Below are positions 43,508 to 54,383 of a stretch of DNA of 64,000 bases, piece by piece. Both the position numbers and the translations under genes were made by a program. Location: assembly GCA_950097015.1 (NCBI GenBank), contig CATNEN010000011.1, forward strand, positions 3,162,001-3,226,000. The letters run 5' to 3'. Source of the stretch: Macrostomum hystrix (lineage: Eukaryota; Animalia; Platyhelminthes). How positions within the stretch are numbered: position 1 is the first letter of the stretch; each line of letters opens with the position of its first letter. The notes below the pieces were generated by a model. The model did not search any database and was not told the DNA's origin. It was given only the letters and a program-made list of their open reading frames with translations.

Positions 43508-45031
43508 TCAGTAAATTGTAATACGCGAGAGAACGCGGTGACCACAAGACAGAGAAAAAAGTAGCAGAAAAGAGCATGAGAAATCTCGGCTGGAGCCAGT
43601 GCAACTGATGGACTGAAAAGTGTAAGAGACACCACAGCTGGCACAGGCCTTGAAATAATTCACTCCAAGCCGAACGAGATCGATAACTTTGACTATCTGC
43701 CTATTGCTGCTAATAACAGCAACGCTGCCGATACTGTCACAGACCGCAACGAATCCAGAGCCGATATTTGCGACGCAGAGCAAATTGGGAGCATTGCTCA
43801 GCCACAGCTTCACAATTCTCTTCGTACTCAGGCTCAGTCGGTAAACAGCTGAAGAAGTGCACAGAATCAGACTGCGTCCTGAAACTGTCAGACTGCGAAC
43901 GTCCTTCGCGTCGTCCGGGAGCTTCGTTGTTTCCAGCAGATCGCACAACTCCAAAGACAGACAATTCACAGCGCCAGCATTGAAAATGTAGAGCTTTTCC
44001 ATATCGTGCGACATGATCGGCTTATCTACTTCGAAATCAATGTTATCCACCGTTTTAAGCTGCGAGCCAGCCAAGTCACAAACAATCAACGACTTGTTGT
44101 TCCCTAACAGAAACATCTGCTGCAAATGGTTGACAAGCGAGCCAGACACTACCGTAACTCCGTTTGATGGCATATTCCACTGACTAAGAACTACCAGCTC
44201 GGTACTATAGAACGCGAAAAACATGTTCGCTTTATGGTGACCAACAGCCAATATACAAGGACTAGGCAGTGGTTGGTAGCCGTTCTGTTGTGTCTTGGAC
44301 ACCGATTTTAACGAGCAATAAAACCCATCAGTGTTCGTACAGTGAAACACAAACTGAATGTAGTTTAGCAGTTGCACCTTCACGTCAGGTGTTGATGACT
44401 CCAGCGAAGTCCTCAAAGCCGTGCCATCCGTATCCTCGGCAATGCCTGCCAGAGTCTTTGTCACCTGAAGCAGTTTTTGAACGAGCTCGACGCTGTTATC
44501 CACGGGATCAGTCCAAGTCTCTGGTATCGGTGCATCGTCAAGAGCCAGCTGCATCTTTTTGCTCAACTGGAAGCTGTTTACCAGATCTCCCGCAGTTTCA
44601 CTCTCATTTATGTCGGTTCGCAGTTTTTCAAAGAAGTGTAAAGATTTTAAATTTGATTCCATTTCGTCAATTTTAGCGTCTAAGCGGCCAATCACAATGT
44701 CCCTGCAGTGGGTCACAATCTCTAGGATCTCTTCGAACATATCGGACGCGTTGGCTCGATCGCTAGTCAGCTCAAACAGAGCGCCTCGCGTCAGATCCAT
44801 GTGATCTGCAACACGCCGCATGGCACCGTCGAGGGTCGACTGTCGATACGTGTAGTAGCTTTCGCGAAAACGGTCCTTGTCGCGTTTTAGATGGGCGGCG
44901 CACAATGGGCCGTCCCAGTGGCTGCCCTGCCCAGTGGCTGGCTCGCTACAGTTGGGCAGGCTGCATGCGCCTCCTTGCTCCAACTGTTTTGGAGAGTCGC
45001 CCTTGGCGTTCGACTTACGTGAAGAAGCCAT
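43508..45031 (-). CDS. Cluster paralog D, about 507 aa (true start probably MASSRK at 45031)
   Basis: Intact ORF with the same motifs. The ORF-track extension to 45184 runs into SINE sequence and is probably spurious. Confidence 0.78.
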   Translation of the reverse strand: MASSRKSNAKGDSPKQLEQGGACSLPNCSEPATGQGSHWDGPLCAAHLKRDKDRFRESYYTYRQSTLDGAMRRVADHMDLTRGALFELTSDRANASDMFEEILEIVTHCRDIVIGRLDAKIDEMESNLKSLHFFEKLRTDINESETAGDLVNSFQLSKKMQLALDDAPIPETWTDPVDNSVELVQKLLQVTKTLAGIAEDTDGTALRTSLESSTPDVKVQLLNYIQFVFHCTNTDGFYCSLKSVSKTQQNGYQPLPSPCILAVGHHKANMFFAFYSTELVVLSQWNMPSNGVTVVSGSLVNHLQQMFLLGNNKSLIVCDLAGSQLKTVDNIDFEVDKPIMSHDMEKLYIFNAGAVNCLSLELCDLLETTKLPDDAKDVRSLTVSGRSLILCTSSAVYRLSLSTKRIVKLWLSNAPNLLCVANIGSGFVAVCDSIGSVAVISSNRQIVKVIDLVRLGVNYFKACASCGVSYTFQSISCTGSSRDFSCSFLLLFSLSCGHRVLSRITIY

Positions 45032-45074
45032 TAAGCTGCAACAATGACATGAGTAGAATGAAAAACATTGAACC

Positions 45075-45415
45075 CGCACTGTAATAATAATAATTGCAGG
45101 AGTGACACTAGACCCGCAGCCAGCAAGGAGGCAATTCTGCCCATTTCGCTGACTCCTGAGCACACACGCACTGTACGCAGGCATATGCTCACGCAGGTGT
45201 GTACATCTGATCTGACTTCCTCATCGTCAGGCAGTGTACATTTAACTGTGCTTTGGAGGTTGGCCCTTGCCAACAAGGGCGTAAATTGCACGACAAGCCC
45301 CCAAGCCTTCTCTCCGCGGCTGCGCACCAAATAAATGTGGGCCTCACCGTAGAATCGAACTTAGGGACCGTGGTGCGAGAGGCAAACGCGATAACCGCTC
45401 TGCCACCGACCCCCC
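45075..45415 (-). mobile_element. SINE family 2 (tRNA-like head, stem-loop 3' region, ATT-repeat tail). Other copies at about 3215-3590(-), 15263-15586(+), 22235-22600(-), 23460-23640(+, partial), 40165-40316 plus 42373-42445(-, split), 57908-58250(+), 61253-61395(-, partial)
   Basis: Recurrent GTGGCAGAGCGGTTAACGCGTTTGCCTCTCGCACC...GATTCC head and GGGCAGAATTGCCTCCTCGCTGGCTGC tail. Confidence 0.85.
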
Positions 45416-46181
45416 GACCCACACTATAAAGTTCAAACTTGAGGGACTAAATTCTACACTGCCGAAATAGAAGCTATAATCAAAAGCTATCAGAAGCTAT
45501 TTACGAACACTTTGAAGCACAAGTACAACCCCATTATTATTACGGGTATAAACTAAACACTTAAGAGGCTATGAACTACTGCCTAAAATCAATATTATAT
45601 TAGTCCTAACCAATCACAAATCAGTCTAGGCCCATCTTAACTCAAAATTGACTAGTAAAATGGTCTTAAAAAATGAACAGCGGCTACGAGGGTTACAAAC
45701 TGTGTTACAGCACATATTTTCTATAGCAACGCACAGAGCTCAAGTATATTTTCGCTATAAATAGTATATAGCTAAGATTCAAGCAAGTTAGAACGAAATA
45801 CAGCAGATTTGACATACTTTAAGTGTTAACTATTGTGTTTACAGACACGCCAAATGCGACACACAAATTGAGAAGTTCGAGAATATGTGAAATAAACTTT
45901 TCAATATCAAGTAGTAATGTCAACCCTTAAGTGATACCATTCAAAAACTTTTTATTAAGTTCCTGACCATCACGAGATAGAGCAATCTAACCTTTCTAAT
46001 CTAAGATTTTGTAAGATGTTCAAAATGCATTCCACAGAAAATATTAACAAGAGGTCTTGAGTTTGAATCTCAGCCAGGGAAAAGCTATACAAACTCCAAA
46101 TGCTTCAGTTAAACCAGCTGCAAATCTAGTACCAACATAAGTTGGGGCTAGACCATTGCCTGGGCAGCTGTCCATGGACAA

Positions 46182-49100
46182 TTAACAGACTTTGGTATGC
46201 GCATTATCATGCAGCCTCGCCTCGGTCAGGGCCATCTCCCTCTGCCGCCGTTTAATCAGGCTACGCCTCAGCAGCGCCTCTCGTTTCTCCAATTCCTTCC
46301 TGCGCCGTTTCTCCCTGAGGCGTCTGAAGAGTTCATTGAGCAGGCGGCAGCTCTCCAGCTTGCGCTGGGCTGCCAGAATGCGTCGCTCCTCTTTGGCAAG
46401 GCGTGCAGCCAGGGCGGCGGCTTCCGCCCGACGCTGCCTCTCGGCAGCGCGCTGAGCCGCTCGCTCCAGCCGGCGTCGCTCCCGGTCCAGACGGCGACGC
46501 TCGAGCTCGGCGGCCGCCTCAGCCCGACGCCTGGCCAGTTCCCGGCGACGCAGAGACCGGGCCGAGAGGCGGCCGGTGCGGTCGAAGTCAACAACTGGCA
46601 GCACGGAGAGAGCCGCAGGAGCGGAGGAGGCTGAAGCTTCGTTGTCTTCAGCAGCGTCCTGATTGACAGCCGGTTGAAGTAGCAGGAGGATTTTAGCGCC
46701 GCGCAGGCTGCTTAGACAGCGCTCGAAGCCCGCACAATCAACAAACTGGACGTAGGCTTCGAAGCGACCCAGCGGACCTGGCGCGGCAGCCGCAGCGGCG
46801 CCAGAACTGTCCGACTCCGTCAGCAGTGGAATGTCAACTAGACGAATGTCGCCAAACGATTGGAAGGCCGAGCGAACAGCTGATTCAGTTGGCAGGTCAG
46901 CAGCGCCGGAGCTCAAATCGGCATCGGCGGCATCCGAGAACCAGGCACAGGGCAGCTGGCCAATCCGGACCGTGTCAGGTCGCTCGCCCGGCTGCATGGC
47001 GTCGAGACCCTATGAGGGAGCAGAAAAAAACGATACACCTTAAAATACACCTTGTCTATTTTATACTCTACTATCAGTAGCCATAGTGTAAGTTAAAGCT
47101 CGAGCTAAAAAATGAACAGGTAGAATGTGGATTAACAGTAGAAGTACAAATGGGCAGAATTTCCCCACCCGACATTTTTCGTACTGCACCCAAACGGAGC
47201 AACGCAAGCACACGAAACTCAGAAAAAAGGCTAATTTTTTGTTTCGCATCGTATGAACGAGAATCCAGTCGCCAGCTCTTCAGATCGACGAGAAATTCAA
47301 TGGTTCTGGCCGAAGGCCTGATGTTTCCCATAAGCGCTAGTGTATTTCATACCCCTACACACAAATTAGCACGGCGCCTCAGTGCGGCCTTGCCAGGCCT
47401 TTAAAATTTATCAGCATGTCACCCAAATATGCCTGCATCATCTCCAACTTCGGTGGTCACCTACCCTTATCTGCTGGACCTTCAAGGGCTTCAACAGGTG
47501 GAACTAGGCCACTATGGACACCCTAACGCGAATTTCTCAAATTTCACTGATCAAGCCTAAATATTAGGGCTTGAGCTCGCATTTATGAGTTGGAATTCGC
47601 GGCGAGGCTACGTTAACTCGCAACGCGCAATCGCGGAGACAATGCTTAGGGGTTAGTGGTGTGAGATTAGCCAAATAGTGCGCCTGAGTTCACAGGTCTC
47701 TTGCAAATAATTATTATTCGTGTAGTTTTTTATTAGGCAGCTAAAAAGTAAAAAAAGGTTCGTTCTAGTTTGTGCTCCTTATCAGTGCTATCAAATGCCT
47801 GACTCTGTTTAGCAGAAAATGGCAAGAAACACAGTTCTCTTATCGTATCTTAAACAGCTGGGGGGCGAGTGGGTCAGCGGCTAACGTCGCTGCCTCGCAC
47901 TCCAAAGGACGCTAGTTCGATTCACCCTTCAAGTCACGATTAATTTCGGGACTTGTTGGTGGGTTTGGACAGTAGCGACCGGCGGAGGTGCACCATATTT
48001 CGTGCAATCAAAGCTTGAAATAATAGCTTCGCTCCTACCTTCTGTGTGCCTGTTCTGCGTTGTGTGAGTTGTGTGCGTTGGCGCTGGGGCGTGAGACTTT
48101 GCGGGGGGTGGCTGGAGGGCGGGTGTACACCGCCGCGCGCTTTGTGGACTTCCGTCAGCGCGATTGGATAAGTGTACACTCATCACCCGGCCCCCCCCTG
48201 AGGACTGATTTCTTATCAGCCTTCCGCCCCGGCTTGGGTCTGCTATGTGCGTGTGGGGCTGGGGTGGGGGACACTGCTGTCTATTCTGGGTGCCTCCTGC
48301 CCTCCCCAGCGCATGGTTTGTGCTGCTGTGTGTGGTGCCTGCTCAGGGGAGGCGGCGCGATGGGCGCAAAAGCGCCTAGTTCGCCGGTCTGGGGGCGTGC
48401 CGCTCCGTCGCTTGTGCGACAAGTGCCCCGGGCCCCCCTATAGAAATTGGGAGTCAATCTCTTAGCAGTGGAAAGACCAAAGGGGGGTATTTCAATTACC
48501 CACATTTAACTTTTTTCTGCATCTCCCAAAATATTCTCCCAATCGCCATGAAAATCCAGAAACCGGGCTCGAGATATTCAAGGATTCTTGTCAGGGTATC
48601 TGGTGGCAAAAAACACAAAGAGAGGCAAATTTTTTTATATTATGACTTTATTATGTCCGTAATTATTATTGATTATTTTGTACTAATAATATTGTCTATT
48701 CGTTAACGAATATGGATTCGCAAAAGAGGTTTTTACAGAGCAATGCCAGTTATCCTTGTCACCAGGGTCTTCGACAAGAATCGCCGATTATCTCGACGAT
48801 GCTGACGTCGGACGGCTTTGAAGGTCTTTCCCAGGTGTGGGTGGGAGAATAGCCTGGTTTTTCTACGGTTGACACTAGGCTAGAGTTGCCTATGAAATTC
48901 TATATCAGCCTTAATCACTTACCTCGGCATCACGAAAGTAGGCCTCCCAATCGTACTTGCTGGGGCAGGGTGTCTTCAATTGTACGGCTCGAACTCGGAG
49001 AAAGTCCGCAAAGCCGGCCAGTTTAATTCGGCCTCCGTCTAGCTGTCGAATGGCGGCAACCAGAGCGCGACGATTCGGCAGCTCGCAGTCAAGTCGAATG

Positions 49101-49336
49101 GCTTCTAGACTGGAGGTTTGCACTCTGAGGTGGCTGAGCTGATGCGGCCTAGCCATTGCTCGCAGCTGTTCCATCACCTCCCAGTTGGATATTGAGCGGC
49201 ATTTGTCAGTCAACTGGGGCAGGTCGACACTGATGCCAAGGCAGGAGGCCGGCTTCAAGCAGAGTCGAAGTTCCGGGCAGAGTGGCACAGCCTCGGTGGC
49301 GTCGTCACAGCGGGTGACAACACCAGCGCGTGGAGG
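46182..49336 (-). CDS. AKAP17A: A-kinase anchor protein 17A (XE7/SFRS17A) orthologue; start codon unresolved
   Basis: Exons about 49336-48923 and 47009-46182 (phase 0, GT-AG). Motifs SISNWEVME.L, LDG..IKL.GF.D.L.VRA, DW..YFRDA, PGERPDT..I..LPC.WF, FEAYVQF, FD.T..LS followed by an R/E coiled coil. Confidence 0.88.
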
Positions 49337-50906
49337 CTGAACTAGGGACAGCAAGGGTTTTTTGCATTATGAATATCAAGCTATGATTCTGTCCAAATAT
49401 TTTTCCTCAATCTAAACCAAGCCATGCAACACTGAGATTTCTGTGACATTAGTTGAATTTTGAATATATAATATTCTAGAGACACGACATTTTTTCAGAA
49501 TGTAGGCAAAAATTTGACATCTACATTCTAGATTTTAGTATGCTTACATAGCAGTTCTCTATTAAGAGATAACAACAAATTGTCAATGGGAATCACATTG
49601 GTAATTTTACTGTTGATGGCAGTTTTGTAATAACTAGGATATAGATCACATATGAATTGTCATCATAATATGCAAATATTGCTACAATATATTAATCAAT
49701 GGAACCTATTTTTCAATTTTTGCACAAATTTTATTTGAGACCACACATGAAAACAATACATTATTACCTAAAATATATTATAGGAAAAGTGCAATGGCTA
49801 AGTATATGGGGTAATCATAATGTAGTGATGTTTGAAGGAAAAACATTTTTTAATAATCAAACATTCTTCATCCTCTTTATAGATTAAAATACACACAATA
49901 TGAGATAGGGTTTCCGATTGTTTTATTTTTCCTAGAAAGTGTTCCCGCGAAATTAAATATTTCTGTTTTAATGTTACGTAAATTTTGTTTAAATGCACCA
50001 TTTGTTTGTCTGCACCGAAAATTAAAATAGTTATACTGAAGTCGCGGAGATGAAGGGAATTTTTAGTATAAATACACCCGAAGCGAAGAGAGAAAAACCA
50101 ACTCGTACCACCTCGATTGGAAAGAGTTCAGAGTAAGAAAAGCTTGAATCTTAAAGTGTTATATTGAAGTTATTTGCGAAAGAGAAGTAAATAAAGTGAA
50201 GAAGAGCTGTAACTCTAGATCCACTGGAAAGCCCAAGACGGACTGAAAGACTGAACTAAGACTGAATTAAAGACTGAATTAAAGACTAAGTTAAAGAGTA
50301 ATTGAAGATTGATAAAGACGGATAAAGAGTGATAAAAACTGATAAAGACAGATAAAGATTGATACAAAGTACTTATAGAAATAATACAGTACAAGTTATA
50401 AGCAGAAGGGAATATAGAGGAGAGAAACCGGCCATAACGCTACCATATTGAAAGTATAACGCTACCATATTTGAATACATAAACGCTACCAATTTGAATT
50501 GAGATAAGAAATACATAAAGCAAATAATTAAAGACATTCATAAGATTGACAAAAGTATAAAAAGCCTATAACAACTTTGGTGGCATTGTTAGGATTAAAA
50601 TTGAATAAGAGGGAAGCCCTAGGACAACTTTGGTATAAAATCTATTTTTAATTATCTGATTTACAGTCTTCTTTGTTGTATTGACATTTATTATTACTTT
50701 AGTTTGGCTTTAGCTGTAGCTGTATTTGGGCTGTATCATTTATTATTACTTTTCCTTATCAACAGTTTCTCAGAAAACTTGGTTTCAAATTAGGTTTACA
50801 TGTCAAGTATAACAAAAAATACAAAAAGATTACATGGGGGACAAATTGGATTAGGTACTCAAAAGCATTCCCTATTCCAGGAGTTGTTCCAAAAAGCACT
50901 GCCTGG

Positions 50907-51079
50907 CAATAGTGTAGCAAGGGGGGTATCAGTGTATTGGCCCATACCCCCAAAATTTGATGTCTCAATTTTTTTTGCATTTAGTTTTTTCAAAAGAAAT
51001 GAATTTGTTGTTTTTTATTCTGGATACACTGGATAGAACCAAAACCGATATCCCCAAAAAAATCCTGGCTACACCCCTG
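50907..51079. mobile_element. hAT-like MITE, about 173 bp
   Basis: Imperfect TIR CAATAGTGTAGCAAGG vs CAGGGGTGTAGCCAGG; 8-bp flanks CTGCCTGG / CGGCCTGG (7/8). A matching terminus occurs at 6429-6490. Confidence 0.6.
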
Positions 51080-51649
51080 CGGCCTGGTACCAAAATGGAT
51101 GGAATCCTATTTACTTGAACCATATAAAAGGGCTAAACATCATTTTATTTATAGTCATCAGTTTGTTTCTAAACTCTTATTGTTGGGAATACTAAAAATT
51201 ATATATTTTTGTATGTTATTGCCTATTTGCTAGACCAATATATTGTTGATATTTGTAGAGTTGAACCACTGTTTATTTTTTTTATTGAATACTTGATTTT
51301 ACTTTTATGTTAGGCCTATAGGTTTAACAGTCTAGTTATTCTTTCCTATGTCTAAAAAGTGGCATATAATGAAAAAAACATTTGTGATATGGTTAGGCCT
51401 ACAATAGACCTAATGACTTGTTACCAAAAAAACAATTTAAATAGCTATGGCATGGGTCACAAAAATGGACCAGAACCAAAAACCACAAAATTAGCAAATA
51501 ATTTTTTTACAATTTAATAATCTAACATTCTTCATCCTCTTTATAGATTAAAAAGCACACAATATAGCTTGCTATTTCTTAATTATATTACTAATACATA
51601 GCTTATGTACAACTATAAACGAATACACAATTGACAACCATTTATACTA

Positions 51650-52940
51650 TTTATTAAATTATTATTGAATTTATGGAACTATTTTGTTTCATTTTATTAA
51701 GGTAAATTATTTATTTTCAGACTTTATTAACATGCGCCAACATTCCTTTTTTGATAAAGTGGCAGATTTCAATTTCATAAATTTCATAAAAAAATACTTT
51801 AGGCCCCCTATCCACAATTAGATTTTTGGGTTCTGGGTACTGGGTACAACTGACCAAAAAGGCATGTAAGAAAAGAGTGATATATTGTATAGTAACATTA
51901 CTTACATTCTCTGCATGATAATTTATTAAGTTCATGAGCAAATTCTTTCTTTCCAGTCATAATTTCCTCCAAAGTTCAGGACCAAGTTTAGGTAAGCTAA
52001 TTGATAACTTATTTTAGCTCAACAGGTAAGCCCTAACACATGGGGAACAATTGAACCATAGGTATTAGGACTATTAGCTTATAAGATAAGATATGATAAT
52101 AACACAGTTGATTTCAGAACATCTAGACTAGTCCAGTGATAATAGGAACATAATACTAATTATAATAATTCTAACTATACCTAATATGGGCAGAGATAAA
52201 CTAACTTAAGTCGTCGCTTATGTTCAAGCTTGAGATTAACAGAATTATATTAGGCCTAGGCCTAGAATTAGAATTAGCAGGCTAAAAAAATATGAAGTGA
52301 GAGTTTTATCAAGCTAAAAGCGTAGGCTGAACTATAAAATTAAATTTTCATAAGAAATTCTCGATCTGATTGCAGAACTTGACTGGAAGATTCAGAACGC
52401 CAGAAGTCCTACTAAAACTAGTATTAAGCCCTACGACTTCTATTCGTTCTGGGATCTGGGATCGTATATCGACGCAGCACTAGCATATAAATTTAAATGT
52501 ACGTAGTAAATTGAAAGTTACAATTTTCGATTTGTGTTATTAATCATTTTACATAACGAAAAACACGTAGAAATCTAAAGCATTTCTGTATATTATTAGA
52601 CTAGATTAGACTAGATCCTCATTGAAATGTTCAACTTAAATCGGTTTTGTAAATATTTTTTGCTATTATGAAACCTTTGTACTGCTTTTACCGCTAACAG
52701 CGTAATGTGGACTGGGTATAGTGTATTATCTGATGAGAATGCATTATTTATTGAATTATTTCATTATTTATTAAATTATTATTGAATTTATGGAACTATT
52801 TCGTTTCATTTTATTGAGGTAAATTATTTATTTTCAGACTTTATTAACATGCGCCAACACTCCTTTTTTGATAATGTGGCAGATTTCAATTTCATAAATT
52901 TCGTAAAAATACTTTATCCACAATTAGATTTTTGGGTTCT
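51650..52940. repeat. Local direct duplication of about 170 bp (51650-51830 vs 52768-52940); a shorter pair at about 49845-49900 vs 51515-51570
   Basis: Near-identical AT-rich segments visible by eye. Confidence 0.75.
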
Positions 52941-54383
52941 ATATTAGCTGGCTAGTAAAAAAAATTTTTTTGCGTAATACAACCAGTCCTAGGGGTCCTA
53001 TATTTTTATATTTTTATTAGGGCTGATATTTACACTGCCGAAGAAGAAACTAAAAAACAATTTCTCTTTTAAGTCTCCTGATGCCGACTTTTTGCGGGTT
53101 TGCTGATCATTGTTTGACGGTGCACTAACCTTCATATCTTTTCCCGATTCACACTAAACCCTGAGCAAAACTTAATAAGTTTTATGTTTCGAATATTTCA
53201 ATCTAGTGCAATGCAAGCATACGCTTTTACAGATAATCAAAAAATTAACATTGCAGTAGTTATTTTAACGAAGCTTAACAAATAATCAATCGATTGTAAA
53301 TACTCAACTTTTTTCACAGTTACCTGCGTATATAGAGAATCACTTGCTCGATCGAAGTGCAGTCGGCCTTAATGCGAATGCAAGACCGCGAATACAGCTT
53401 TTTGGGCTAAGGTTCAGCGGCTGATTAATTACATTCCGTCAGGAATTTACCCGCGCGTGATGCGCAAACTTTAAGCTATTTAATTAAACTCTAGTTTTTT
53501 AATGGTCATTTTGACTCCTCTGCTGGGACCCCTGACGCATCCCGCATCAGTATTGAATCGTCAAGTCCCAACCCTCTGGTCGCACAATACTCAAACTCAT
53601 GACCGGCCCGTTCCTCCCAGTCTGCAGCTAGAACACATGAGAGATCGAGATCTGCAACTATGGCAGACTTCGGCCAAAGATTAAAACTTTGTCTGCTTTT
53701 GCAAAGATTAGGCGCATACATTAGCTCGTATATAATTATATCTAGCCCAGTTATGCCTGATTTACAAACAGTTGCACAACAACAACTATTGCGCGACGAT
53801 TCCGATCCATAGTCTGCGTATAGCTGTTCAGTCCGTGGACAGAAAATAATTAAGTTTCGCTCTAGTTTACAAACTTTCTTTTGCAAAGAATCATGCGACA
53901 GCAGAACTTACCATAAAAGTATTAAAGTATTAAAAAAGCAAAAATAAACAAAAATTTCTCAACAGTGTCAAAATTGGCGCATTCTGAGGTAAAAGGACGG
54001 GTGCTTTTTCATGAATATGTACGTGTCGTTTTAGTACCATATTTATTTAAAGTTTCAAATCTACAACATATACAAGTGCGTATAAAGAAATTTCAGGCGC
54101 TTAATGCAATTTCTATACCGCTTGCTATACTAGTAGTGCAGGTAAAATGAATAAAAATAACTTCAGGAGCGCCGCGCTAATATTGTGAAATTAAATAATG
54201 TAAATTAAAGTTCTGGCAAGTAAAAACATTTAGTAAAGTTTGTCAAGTAAACGTTCATTTTCTGCGATCGTTCTTTAAATATTTTTTGTATGCTTCAAAG
54301 TTTCATGACCATTTCGATAACGAATTACACAATAGAACAGGTAATCGGGTAAGAACTATAAATATAAAATAACAATCCCGGAT

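Noticed and set aside
45032-45184. N-terminal extension of the 558-aa ORF
   Set aside because: It reads through a splice acceptor and SINE tail, and the paralogs start at the equivalent of 45031.
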